Shown: in pieces, positions 51,198 through 63,500 of the stretch
Position numbering within the stretch: the stretch's first letter is position 1
Layout of the letters: every line of letters starts with the position of its first letter
Assembly: GCA_030704615.1 (NCBI GenBank)
Contig: CM060734.1
Coordinates: 42,284,001 to 42,348,000, forward strand
Length of the DNA stretch: 64,000 bases
Reading direction: 5' to 3'
From: Takakia lepidozioides
Lineage: Eukaryota > Plantae > Bryophyta
Program-made: the position numbers and the translations under genes
The notes under the pieces: model-generated
What the model was told of the DNA's origin: nothing
The model's database searches: none
What the model saw: only the letters and a program-made list of their open reading frames with translations

Positions 51198-54100
51198 GTG
51201 GGGGAGGTACGGGTTGTCAGTGTCATCACGGAGATACCCAAGGGTTCTGAGGGGAGTACGGCTACAAGTAGTAACAGTGAGAGTGGGTTCACAAGGCGAG
51301 GTATTCGGTTCAGACCACCTTCACCTCCACCCTCAACTAGTGCAGAGTCAAACACAGACTCGGAGGCTTCATCAACAGGTGTGCATCATTCGTCATTGTT
51401 GTGGGACGACTTGGAGGAGATGTATGGAGCTACCAAGGGGCCTCGTAGGTACTCTGGAGCTATGGGCACAATCGAGCTGAATGACTTTATCCAGGAGTTC
51501 AACAGCTGGTGTGATTTGCAGCAGATGCGCAATCCACAGCTGTTCACCCCATTCATGGCGTGGAAGGGACTGTTCCAGCATTTGGAAGGCCCGCCTATGG
51601 ACGATTACCACGAGTTCAGGCGAGGACATGAAGCAGAGATTAAGGAGTGGAGGATGTATTGGTCACCTGACTACGTCTCCATTACTCGAGGCACGACGCG
51701 ACCAGTAGCTGCATCAGCACCAATATCTCCCACTGCCAGCACTAGTAGTGGAACAAGTAGTGTCGGTACTTCTGCAGGTGGTACCAGTTCAAAAGGTGCT
51801 ACTACTCCTCCTGCCAGGACTACAACACATGTGCCTAGATTCAACCCGGTGGTGGAGTTCTTCCAAGAGTTGCGGACGAGCTACCAAGGCGTACGGACAG
51901 AGAAGCTGCGAAGTTTGCCAGACTTCCAGTGCAAATCCAGTGAGAGCTTGCGAGAGGCCTACACTCGTATGAGGCGCTTGATAAGTGTGACCCAAGGGGT
52001 TACTGAAGCTCAGGCAGTCCAGTTCTGGTATGGAATTTTGGACAAGGAGCTCAGGAGAAGGGTGCGGGATGCAACCCTGTTACAAGCGGCCCAACCCACA
52101 TTAGCAGATGTGTTTCTGCTGGCTGAGCGGATTGAGCTCAACATGGTGGAGGAGCGAGTTGTTACCATTGGATTTGGCAAAGACATGTCTGCACGGGGCG
52201 CAGCTGCCAGCCCACAGGCACAAGGGACTGCCCAACAGCGTGGTCAGGGGGGCAAGGTTCCCCAACCCAAATTCCATGGAGCTTACAGAGGACCTCAGGT
52301 GCAGAGGCCAATGGCATCTTTTGCAAGCCAACAACAACCAGGGGTGATATGTTGGACATGTGGAGGACCCCATATCAAGAAAGATTGCCCAGAGAGTGGC
52401 AAAAGGCCGGCACAAGCACAGCCTGCACAGTTGCACTATGGGCATTGTGGCAAGTATGGGCATGGAGAAGCCCAGTGTTATGACTTGCACCCTGAGTTGC
52501 GGCAAGGCCAGTTCCAAGGGAACAATGGTGGCCGAGGGCAAGCTGGAGCACCTCAGAGAGGACAAGGTGATCAGGCACGAGGTGCAGGATAAGGGCAAGC
52601 ACAGTATGGCCAAGGACGTGGAGGTCAGGGCGTTGACCAAGGCATGGCCAACCGGCTTCAGCAGCTAGAGCAACGGCTTGCTGCCATGGCCACAACTCAG
52701 GTGGTACCAGCTCCAAGACTTGAGGGTCCACCTCCTGTTCCTCCTCAACAGCGTCATCCTGACGGAGGAGATATGGGAGGCATGGGATTTATGTGCGGGG
52801 CGGCACTTGAATTGCCACTTATACAGGTGGATTCTGCTGCAGCCGTCACACGAGGAGCAGCACGAGTTCCTGAGCCACGAGGTGCAGAGGTGGAGTTGGA
52901 TCCACAGCGTGGGGAGGCAAGCCGTCAGGCTAGGTTGCCTCAATCATTCATCTTGGCGGAGACAGTGTCGACGCCATCCATGGCACCTAGTTTTCGTCCG
53001 ATGGATACCGAGGCGGATGTTATTGTGTCATTGGGGAGAGCTACACGTGCAGCACTGACACCTGCTGCCAAGGCTAGTGCAGCCAGTGTGTTGTTGGGGG
53101 CGGCCACCTCTGTGTGTCAGGCCCCACTGTTCTCGGCAACCATGATTGCAACACCGGGGGTAAGACCAGCTGCAATGTTCAGACTAGCAGCAACACTCTA
53201 CGAGAGTGGGGAGATCACTTCATCTTCTGTGGAATTACTAGAAGGTGTAGTGGCAGAGGGATCCTCGGATTTGAGGGTCAAGACTGCCACGGCTGCGCCA
53301 TGGCAAGCTGCAGCTGCCAGGTTGACGGAGCTGCCAGCTAGGCCAGCCTTTGAGCACGCCATGGTGACACCTGGAGTTGTCTTGTTAGACAACCAGGATG
53401 GCATTTTCTCTTTGAGTGGACCGGCAGGCAAGAGGTACCGGCCACTGCGGGTCTTGTTGGACTCGGGAGCTCAGCCACTGATGTTGGGCAGAGCTGCTAT
53501 TTCAGGTTTGGGCCTCATGGAGGCGGATATGGAGCCTTGTCTTTTCCAGATACAAACATCTCTGGGAGGATCAGAGCAGGCTCGGGGCATGACACGGCGT
53601 GAGTTGGCCATTAGACTACAGCCGGATCATCTTATAGATGGCTCAGTGATGCGTGTCAAGCCCATTGTGACAGACGCGGTCTCTTACGATGTCCTCGTTG
53701 GTGGGGCAGTGTTGTATCCCATGGGCTTCACCCTGGATTTTTGGGAGGAGTGAGCATCCTACAGGCCTAGATGGCAGTCAGGGGATGGTCGTCATGTACA
53801 GTTCCCTGTGACGTTCATTGGGGGTGTTGCTGCTGCCCAACGGGGCAAGATGCCAACACTAGCAGCCTTCACAACTGCAGTTAGTTGGCCTGGAGGGTTG
53901 CTGGAGGGCAATGCCCATGCAGAGGATGTGCCACCTCCAGCAGAGCATGATGACAAGCATGGTACGGCGGAGTTGCCTGCCATGGTTGCTCACACTCCAT
54001 TGTGGGGTACGAGCAAGGATTTGCAGCAGGCTGCTGATAGACGGGTGCAACAAGCCTGGGTAGAGGCCTTCGTACCGTTAGGAGAGGAGGAGAATGCGGT

Positions 54101-55066
54101 GATTGCACCAGGACCACCTCAGTTGTCGCCATTGGACACCACACCTCTTGTGTGGCAGTGCCCACATGAAGGCATATGTCTTCTGGACTTGTTCGGCGGG
54201 ATCAGCACTGGATTGGCTGCAGTGCTGCAGGCAGGTGTACGAGTTCAACGTTACTTGTATGTGGAGAGGGATGAGATTGCACGACGTGTCTCACTGCGCC
54301 ATGTTGCTCAGTTGGTACAACACTACCCTGATTTGTTGCCAATGTCTGCAGTTCATGGATACCAACAAGCATTGCTAGCAGACATCTCTTTGCTGGGGGC
54401 GCATGATTTGGAGCGGGTTGACCCTATTCACTTGGTAGTGGCAGGTTGGCCCTGCCAAGGGCATGGCAATGGGTTACAAGACTCAAGGTCACGCCTGTTT
54501 TGGGAGATGTTGAGGGTCCTACGCTATTTACAGCTTCAGCAGACAGACTCTCCGGCATATATCTTGGAGAATGTGCCATTGATGGGTGATTCTCGGGCCA
54601 AGGTATGGCCAGTGTGCATCAAGTGCGGTCTTGGTTTGGATTAGCAGTGTTGTTGGATGCAGCTGCAGTGGGATCACGGGCTCATCGCCCACGACTATGG
54701 TGGACCAACTTGATGTCACCTGCACTGCTCAAGCGTGCATTTGATGGGGTGCAGCGGCCACCACACCTGACGGTGGATAGCATTTTGAAGAAAGGGAGAC
54801 AGTCTCAGCGTGTGAGACACGATGACCGATCACCTTTGGCAGTGGTCAATAAGGTGGATCACCCACGAGCCGCATTACCTGCACTGCTCAGCTTTCCAGG
54901 ATCTCATGCCTTTCGGGATGGTGAACCTGGCCTCTTGTGGGATAGCCAGTTACAGCAATTAGTGGAGCCCAATGCTGACGAGCGCGAGCGGGCGATGGGT
55001 TTTACCATTAGTACCACGGCGGTGCTATCTCTTTCTGAGGCATCACGTCGTCAAGTGTTGGGGCAA
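51198..55066 (+). pseudogene. Gag - aspartic protease - C5 cytosine methyltransferase polyprotein
   Basis: ORFs 51198-52592, 52644-53753 and 53808-54644 share one frame, separated by single stops, with a frameshift near 54600. Gag (QxKSSESLREAY; CWTCGGPHIKKDC knuckle), protease (VLLDSGAQ at ~53460), DNMT motif I LDLFGG, II YVERD, IV GWPCQG, VI ENV, VIII RPRLWWTN, IX ERERAMGF, X RRQVLG. Confidence 0.9.
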
Positions 55067-56154
55067 ACAAAGCATCTGAGGTCCTCTCTGCCCTTCCCTG
55101 AGCTTCACCTGAGCCCCATTGTTGCCTTGAGCACGTTGAGGTAGTGGTTGGCTAGGAGCACCACTACCCCGTGGTGTCTCCTTAGCAAATCCCACCATGA
55201 CCACTCGTTCCTCCACCATGTTGAGTTCTATCTGCTCTGCCAGCAAAAACACATTGGCTAAGGTGGGTTGGGCCGCTTGTAGGAGATTTGCATCCCGCAC
55301 CCTTCTCCTCAGCTCCTTGTCCAATATCCCATACCAGAATTGGACTGCCTGAGCTTCCGTAACCCCTTGGGTTACATTTATCAAGCGCCTCATGTGAGTG
55401 AAAGCCTCCTCAAGCTCTCGGTCGGCTTCCGTTGGAACTCTTGCAAGCTCCGCAACTTCTCTGTCCTCACCCCTTGGTAGTTCCCTCTCAACTCTTCGAA
55501 GAACTCCACAACAGGGTTGAAGGCAGGCACGGGTGCTAGTGCTGGTGCGGTAGTGGCTTGGGTGGACGTCGTAGCTACTGTACCACCAGTCCCACTAGTC
55601 CCACTGCTACTTGTTGAAGCTGCCGGTGCAGCGGCAGGTGTAGCCACTGCCCTCGTGGCTCTAGTGCCCCTAGTGATGGAGACATAGTCGGGTGACCAGT
55701 ACATCCTCCACTCCTCGATCTCAACCTCATGCCCCCGCCTGAACTCATGGTAATCATCCATAGGCGGCCCCTCAAGGTGCTGAAACAGCCCTTTCCATGC
55801 CATGAACGGCGTAAATAGTTGTGGATTGCGCATTTGCTGCAAATCACACCAACTATCAAACTCTTGGATAAAATCATCCAACTCGATGGTGGCCACCGCC
55901 CCAGAGTACCTTCGTGGCCCCTTGGTAGCTCCATACATCTCCTCCATTGTGTCCCACAACAATGGCAAAGAAACAACTTGCACCGCCAGTATGAGTCCTC
56001 CTGATTCACAATCCGAATCAGAACCTTCCGTAGAAGACACAGGAGGTGAAGGTGGCCTAAACCGTACGCCTCGTCTCGTGTACCCACTAGTATCGCTAGT
56101 GCTCGAACCGGCACTGTCCCCAGCAACTAGTGGCACCTTCGTGTTGACACTCAA
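55067..56154 (-). pseudogene. X2 gag, frameshifted near 55400 and truncated
   Basis: EEMYGATKGPRRYSG..WCDLQQMRNPQLFTPFMAWKGLFQHLEGPPMDDYHEF..TEAQAVQFWYGILDKELRRRVRDA is nearly identical to the X1 gag. Confidence 0.92.
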
Positions 56155-56379
56155 CCGGTCATGAACATGTCCCTAACCCCCTCTCCACAAGGTAACCGGG
56201 TAGCGAACCTGTTGCGGCTTATGGTTTGGAATACTAAGTTCCTAACATAGCCTACACCTGTACTTGCATGACCATGGGAATATCATGAAGATACTCCTCA
56301 AACCGCCCTCCACGAGCTTCAAAATTCGGCCTTCAAGACCACATGCCAGTCCTTAGGCAGTCCACCAGTGCCTCCACGA

Positions 56380-58680
56380 GTCAGCACAAGCCGTCCACAG
56401 GTCAACACGGGCCACCACAGACCAGCACAGGCCCACACAACTCACTGGTCACAGCCATCACAGTCCCACAGGCCACTGGGCACAGCCTGTCACAGCCCCG
56501 CACAGCCCGTCACAGCTCGCCACAGCCCGTCACATCCCGTCACAGCCCCACAGGCCACTGGGCACAGCCTGTCACAGCCCCGCACAGCCCGTCACAGCCC
56601 CACAGGCCATTGGGCACAGCTTGTCACAGCCCCTCACAGCCCCTCACAGCCCCCAGGCACGGCCTGACATAGCCCCTCACAGCCCGTCACAGCCCCAAAG
56701 GCCTCAGGCACGGTCTGTCACAGCCCCTCACAGCCCGTCACAGCCCCAAAGGCCTCAGGCACGGCCTGTCACAGCCCCTCACAGCCCATCACAGCCCCAA
56801 AGGCCACGGGCACAGCCTGTCATAGCCCCAAAAGGCCACCTGCACAGCCCCTCACAGCCCATCACAGCCCCCAAGGCCACCGGCGCAGCCCGTCATAGGC
56901 CCTCACAGCCCGTCACAACCCCCAAGGCCACCGGCACAGGCCCTCACAGCCCCTCACAGCCCCTTACAGCCCCTCACAGCCCCAAAGGCCTCAGGCACGG
57001 CCTGTCACAGCCCCTCACAGCCCATCACAGCCCTAAAGGCCACCGGCACAGCCTATCACAACCCCAAAAGGCCACCGGCACAGCCCCTCACAACCCATCA
57101 CAGCCCCCAAGGCCACCGGCACAGCCCGTCATAGGCCCTCACAGCCTGTCACAACCCCCAAGGCCACCGGCGCAGGCCCTCACAGGCCCTCACAGCCCGT
57201 CACAGCCCCGAAGGCCACCGGCGCAGCCCGGCATAGCCCCTCACAGCCCCTCACAGCCCCACAGGCCACTGGGCACAGCCTGTCACAGCCCCTCACAGCC
57301 CGTCACAGCTCGCCACAGCCTCTCACAGCCCCCAAGGCCTCAAGCACGGCCCTCACAGCCCCTCATAGCCCCAAAGGCCTCAGGCACGGCCTGTCACAGC
57401 CCCTCACAGCCCATCACAGCCCAAAAGGCCACGGGCACAGCCTGTCACAGCCCCAAAAGGCCACCGGCACATCCCCTCACAGCCCATCACAGCCCCCAAG
57501 GCCACCGGCGCAGCCCGTCACAGGCCCTCACAGCCCGTCACAACCCCGAAGGCCACCAGCACAGGCCCTCACAGGCCCTCACAGCCCGTCACAGCCCCGA
57601 TGGCCACTAGCGCAGCCCGTCACAGCCCGTCACAGCCCCACAAGCCACTGGGCACAGCCTGTCACAGCCCCTCACAGCCCGTCACAGCTCGCCACAGCCC
57701 CTCACATCCCCCAAGGCCTCAGGCACGGCCTGTCACAGCCCCTCACAACCCGTCACAACCCCAAAGGCCTCAGGCACGGCATGTCACAGCCCCTCACAGC
57801 CCATCACAGCCCTAAAGGCCACGGGCACAGCCTGTCACAGCCCCAAAAGGCCACCGGCACATCCCCTCACAGCCCATCACAGCCCCCAAGGCCACCGGCG
57901 CAGCCCGTCACAGGCCCTCACAGCCCGTCACAACCCCGAAGGCCACCAGCACAGGCCCTCACAGGCCCTCACAGCCCGTCACAACCCCGAAGGCCACCAG
58001 CACAGGCCCTCACAGGCCCTCACAGCCCCGATGGCCACCAGCGCAGCCCGGCACAGCCTGTCACAGCCCCACAAGCCACTGGGCACAGCCTGTCACAGCC
58101 CCTCACAGCCCGTCACAGCCCCACAAGCCACTGGGCACAGCCTGTCACAGCCCCTCACAGCCCGTCACAGCTCGCCACAGCCCCTCACATCCCCCAAGGC
58201 CTCAGGCACGGCCTGTCACAGCCCCTCACAACCCGTCACAACCCCAAAGGCCTCAGGCATGGCATGTCACAGCCCCTCACAGCCCATCACAGCCCTAAAG
58301 GCCACGGGCACAGCCTGTCACAGCCCCAAAAGGCCACCGGCACATCCCCTCACAGCCCATCACAGCCCCCAAGGCCACCGGCGCAGCCCGTCACAGGCCC
58401 TCACAGCCCGTCACAACCCCGAAGGCCACCAGCACAGGCCCTCACAGGCCCTCACAGCCCCGATGGCCACCAGCGCAGCCCGGCACAGCCCCTCACAGCC
58501 CCTCACATCCCCCAAGGCCTCAGGCACGGCCTGTCACAGCCCCTCACAACCCATCACAACCCCAAAGGCCTCAGGCACGGCCTGTCACAGCCCCTCACAG
58601 CCCATCACAGCCCTAAAGGCCACGGGCACAGCCTGTCACAGCCCCAAAAGGCCACCGGCACAGCCCGTCACAGCCCCATC
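56380..58680. repeat. Complex tandem array built on a 10-bp unit CACAGCCC(C/G)T with spacer modules and higher-order repeats
   Basis: Many copies of cacagcccct/cacagcccgt/cacagcctgt interspersed with aaggccaccgg and aaggcctcaggcacgg. Long blocks recur (e.g. starting ~57375, ~57765, ~58245). Confidence 0.97.
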
Positions 58681-58899
58681 CATGGCCGCTCTGGCAGTTT
58701 AGCCATTTCTCCAAGGGGTTTAGCCACGCCAAGCTAGGGTTTGTGTCTCTTGGACTCTAGGCTTCTTTCCACTGAGCTATGGCGGCTGTGAGGAAATCAG
58801 CAAGGTATTCTTGCTCTTTCGGCTCCCACACACCACCATAGTAGCCCTAAGCCATGAGGTGGTTGCCACAAACCAAGCCTTCTTTCTCACTTAGCCTCC

Positions 58900-59560
58900 C
58901 CAAACACGCCACTAAACTCAATGGCAAACAACCAAGCCCTGCTGGTTCCCAGCCCTTGTGAGCACTCATTCAAGCACTCTCATTGGCCATAGCATCTGTC
59001 TTAGAGCCTAATCCAGCCCCCTACATCTGCTGCTTCAAGAGTTGCGCTCCTTTCAAGCTTGAAGTTGAAACCCCAACTCACATACGCCATACAAGTGTTT
59101 TTCTTTCGCTCCAAGTGGAAACCAGCCCTAGACCTTCCGTTCTAGCTCTCTAAAGCTTGAAAACAAGAGCCTCAATGGCTCCACACATGCCCCACTCTCA
59201 CCATAAGAGAATCAGCTCCTTTGCTTCATTTCTTGCACCCACAAACCTGAAAATACAAGCTTCAGCAGGCTGAAAGCATGCTCCACATGCCCTACAGGGA
59301 AACCAGCCCCTTCCTTCCTTTCTTGCACTCCCACACCTAAAAGTGCAAGCCTTCACCAGGCTGATAGCATGCTCCACACATGCATTGCCCTCACATAAGG
59401 GAAGTCAGCCCTTCCCTCTTCCTTGCTTGCCCTCCAAGCTTGAAGATGGAAGCTTCAATGAGCTGAATACATGCTCCACACATGCAACCTCTTCACACAA
59501 GAGATATCAGCCCCCTATCTTGGCTCCTTGGCTCCTTGATGCTCTCTAAGACAAGACTAA
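58900..59560. repeat. Degenerate ~90-100-bp tandem repeat in the X2 leader
   Basis: gctccaca(ca)tgc recurs at ~59178, 59280, 59371 and 59473, each with a preceding aagc(c)ttca-like motif and a following cagccc-like motif. Confidence 0.65.
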
Positions 59561-60515
59561 GCACTCCACAGCCTTTGCCAAGCTCCTGAAACCCTAAGGC
59601 TTACATTTCCAGCCACAAGACACTTCGTTTGTGGTGCAAGAGCTCTTCTTCCAAGCTCTGAAACCCTAGGTGTACATTCCATGGCCTTGCCGCACCTCTT
59701 AGCTCCTGTTCCAGCCCTCTCTTGCCATGACAAGAGCCCTCTCAATGCTGAAGCTCGAGATTGAAACCCAATCTCACCATACTCCACAAAGTGCACTGAT
59801 TTGCCCCAAGCCAAATCAGCCCTTTCGCTTGGTCTTGCAATCCTTCACACAATGAAAGCTCGCATTCCCAAGTCCAGTTCTCAGCTTTGCCACCAAAGCC
59901 ACTATAACCTGCTCTTGACTGGTCATCTTCCCAATCGTGCTTGCTCATGCATGTACACAATCTGAAACCATCAAGGTGCTCTGGAATTACCTGCAGCATG
60001 GTGCTTTCATCTCTGAAGCTGAAGATCGAATGCCAAGGTCTACCACCTCGTAACCCACATCGCCTCCGCTTCTAACAACCAAGAGCTCCACGGTGCTCCT
60101 TGCATAACAACTTGGTTCTCTCATTCTCAAGCAAAAACCACAAGTGCTACAACTAACTCGTATCTGGCACTCACAGATACGAGCTCATCTTTCTCGAGTG
60201 ATAAAGAAGAAGAATACAAGCACGAGCTCACAAATCTGAAGCATAAACTCATGCATATATAACCTCATCACTCAAATACAAGTCAAGCCAAGTGCACCCC
60301 ATGCCATGGGGAATCCACACTACGGCGCCATAGCTAGGCGCGGTGAGGCTCAACTCGAGAAAGATGAGCCTCCCGCGCTTGCCGTGAAGATAACCACTAC
60401 AGGGCCTAAATCTGCCTTGACCTCTGGATTGACACTTGGGCCAATCCCAAATGTCAATATGTAAAAGCTAGCTATTTCCTAGCTAGTTTCACACTAGTGG
60501 TAAGATAACTTGACA

Positions 60516-63500
60516 AAGTGAAGCCCTACATAGACTTCATGATCATTCTTGGTGATAGTGAAAGCTTCACCCATGTAATCAAGAACATTTGTCACCTTCT
60601 GTGTTTTGACACTGCAGGCAAGACCATCATCGACAAAGATAGTGAGGATCAAATGTGTGCCTTTGCTGCTAAAATAAACACAAGGATCAGCGTCACTTGC
60701 TGTGAGATCGTATTTAGTCAAGAAAGAGTCGAATTTCTTGTTCCACGCTCGAGAGGCCTGTCGAAGGACATAGATAGACTTTTTGAGTCGACACACTTGC
60801 TTAGGGGCTGTCGGATCTGTGAAGCCTAAAGGCTGATCCATGAAGATTTCCTCTGCTAAATCTCCATGGAGAAAAGCAGTTTTAACATCAAATTGGGTGA
60901 TGTCCATGTCTTGTACGGCTGCAATTGACAAAACAGTCTGTATGGAATCATATCTCACTACAGGTGAGAAAGTCTCTGAGAAGTCAATACCAGCCCTCTG
61001 CGTAAATCCTTTAGCAACAAGTCTTGCTTTGTATCGTGAGATGGATCCATCAGCGGTTAATTTTAGCTTGAAAACCCATTTGCACTTTATTGTGTTCCGA
61101 TCTGCAGAAAGATCACAAAGCTGCCACGTCTGATTTTGGATTAGAGAATGAAATTCTTCCTCCATAGCTTTGATCCATTCAGCATGATGAGGGGAATTGA
61201 TGGCTGTCCAGTAATCAGCAGACTCTGGTGGTAATGGGAGTGCAAGCATAACTACTCCGATTAGTTGGATATATCCAGTCGCCCAATCTGGTGGGAGGCA
61301 CTCTGGAACGAGGAGGAATCGCCGTTGGTACTGATGTTGTGTGATCAAATGTGTCAGCATCATCAGATGTCACAATTGGTGTTGCAGGAACTTGCAATAT
61401 ATGGGCAGGACTTGCTGGAGGAGTATGTACCATCACTTGGACGGACTCTGGAATCTGTAATATATGGGCAGGAGCAGTATGCGTAGGACTTGCAGGAGGA
61501 GTATGTACTCTCACTTGGACCAATTTTTGTTGTACATGGGTACTAGGAGGAAAATCCTGAAACAAACGAGAATATGTAACCTCGTCATGATATGCTTCCT
61601 CAGAGTCATCGTAAGTATGTTCGTCAAATAGAACGTCACGGCTCTCTATGACTTTCTTGTCTGTTATATCCCAAAGACGGTAGGCTTTGCAGTGATCACT
61701 ATATCCAACCAACAAACACTTCTTGCTCTCAGCATCCAACTTGTGTCTTCGTTCTTCAGGGATATGTGCAAATGCTATACAGCCAAACACTCGAATATGA
61801 GCAACTGATGCTTTGATGCCAAACCGAGCCTGATAAGGCGTTTTTCCTGGGAGTGTTCTAGTACCTGTTCTGTTGAGTACATGCACTGCACAAGCGATTG
61901 CTTCGGCCCAGAAATGAATTGGAAGTGAGGTTGAGTGAAGCATGCTCCGAGCAGCTTCAACAATTGTGCGATTATCCCTTTCAGAGACAGCATTTTGCTC
62001 TGGGCTGTACGCTGTAGTGTTTTCGTGGATGATGCCTTCTTGTTCACAAAAGCGCGCAAAATCATGAATCATATATTCACCTCCTTGGTCAGTCCGTATG
62101 GTAAGGACTTTGTTTCCTGTATCTCTGAAGGTGTGGCGTACTACTCTCTTAAAACAAGAAAGAACCTCTGATTTGTGTTGAGCAAAGAAGATCAAGCGGT
62201 AACTGGAATGATCATCCTTGAAAAGGATATAATATTGAGATTTGCCAAGAGAAGGAACGGGCATCGGTCCACAAATGTCACTATGAAAAAGCATGCCAGG
62301 CTTGGCTACTTTAGTACGAGAATTATGAAAGGAAACGACGTCCTATGCTGTTTGCCGTAGACACAACCATGACAAACCTCTATGATGGAACTTGGATCTG
62401 TAATCTTAATCCCTTCTACTAAGTGCTCATTGACCATTTGTTTTATCATGCCATGACTAAGATGTCCTAGGCAATGATGCCAAAGCTTTAGACTCTGTAC
62501 AGTGGCAGAATTGGGAATGACTCCTACTTTTGTAACAAGATGGCTCATCGTTGCAATAATGGTAACAAAGTTGAGTGTCCATAGACCTCCATGCAAATAA
62601 CCACTAAGAACGATCTGACTGTGCTGATGAAAATAGACATATGTGCTTGTATAGGTAACTGAAATACCTGGTTTAGAGACAGCTCGGAGTATAGAGAAGA
62701 GATTTCTCTTGAGTCCCGGACAATAAAGAACATCCACTAAGACAGCTCGTTCTTTTGTGCCATTGTTGTTGACTATGATATCAATATCACCGCGTCCTGT
62801 GACATAGCCATCTGCAAAAGCAGCCTCAACGGGCCATTGTCCTTCGGCTATAGGAGTAAACTTGGTAAACCACTCTCTACGGCAGGTCATGAAATGAGTT
62901 GCACCGCTGTCTGTAAACCAGTCAGTGAGATGACTCTCACCAGAACAAGTTATGGTCCATGCTCTGGGATTGGTAGTACTCTGTGAAGACTGACCAATGT
63001 TCTGAAATTGTTTGGGCGGGTTAGGGCATTCTCTGGCCCAGTGACCTTCCTTACCACAATTGTTCCAAAAGGTAATCTTCTTGCGCTCTGCAATCATAAT
63101 AGATCTTTCTTGACGTTGCTCGTAGGTGAGCGGTGGCCGCCAAGCAGTATGGGTTGGAGGTGGCCCTCTCCATGCAACGTTCGGTTGTCAATTACTCCCA
63201 CTGTTTGAAACAGTTGCAGATTTCCACTGATTTGAATAAGATCCAGATGGTTGTCGTTGCCATTGAATAGAAAAACTCCCACTGCTTCCAACTGGTTGCT
63301 GATGCGATTGCTGCTGCGTTTGTGACTTGACAGTTGTGGTCACAGTTGGCTTGGTATAGAATGCTTGGGTGTCTGTAGAAGTTTGTTGCTCCCTTCGTCT
63401 CTTTAACTTGGTTTCTTCTTTTAGCAACCTCAAAGTAAGATTATCAAGATTGCGTTGCTCCCCCGTAACGTTATCCCAAGCTGTGAGGAGATTGTCATAT

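Larger units (their letters stand above)
47637..55066 (+). mobile_element. Element X1: LTR-type (Gypsy-like) retroelement with gag-protease-DNMT polyprotein, 3'-truncated
   Basis: Begins TGTCAAG exactly where the Copia A gag is cut. Terminus homologous to 60170-60515 in inverted orientation. Putative LTR end GCAACA at 51145, followed by the polyprotein. RT and integrase are absent (truncated). Confidence 0.8.
55067..60515 (-). mobile_element. Element X2: second member of the X family, 3'-truncated within gag
   Basis: Minus strand begins TGTCAAG at 60515, where the Copia B RT is cut. Putative LTR end GCAACA at 56210. Gag follows. Confidence 0.8.

Noticed and set aside
54170-55066. Host DRM/DNMT3 gene or bacterial restriction-modification contamination
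   Set aside because: The domain is intronless, in frame with Gag and protease, lacks UBA/PWWP domains and a cognate endonuclease, and is embedded in plant retroelements.
56380-58680. CRISPR-like array
   Set aside because: There are no unique spacers or cas genes, the context is eukaryotic, and the intervening modules are themselves repeated.
56343-58737. Long Pro/Ser/His/Gln-rich ORFs resembling extensin or mucin
   Set aside because: They are a by-product of a nearly stop-free 10-bp repeat, open in several frames and antisense to the element, with no signal peptide.
47637-60515. Single DIRS-like or TIR element
   Set aside because: The termini are substantially diverged, each is followed by its own gag, the flanks belong to different Copia elements, and no tyrosine recombinase or transposase is seen.
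61380-61520. Short duplication in the Copia B integrase-RT linker (VHTPPASP twice)
   Set aside because: This is ordinary variation in a hypervariable linker.
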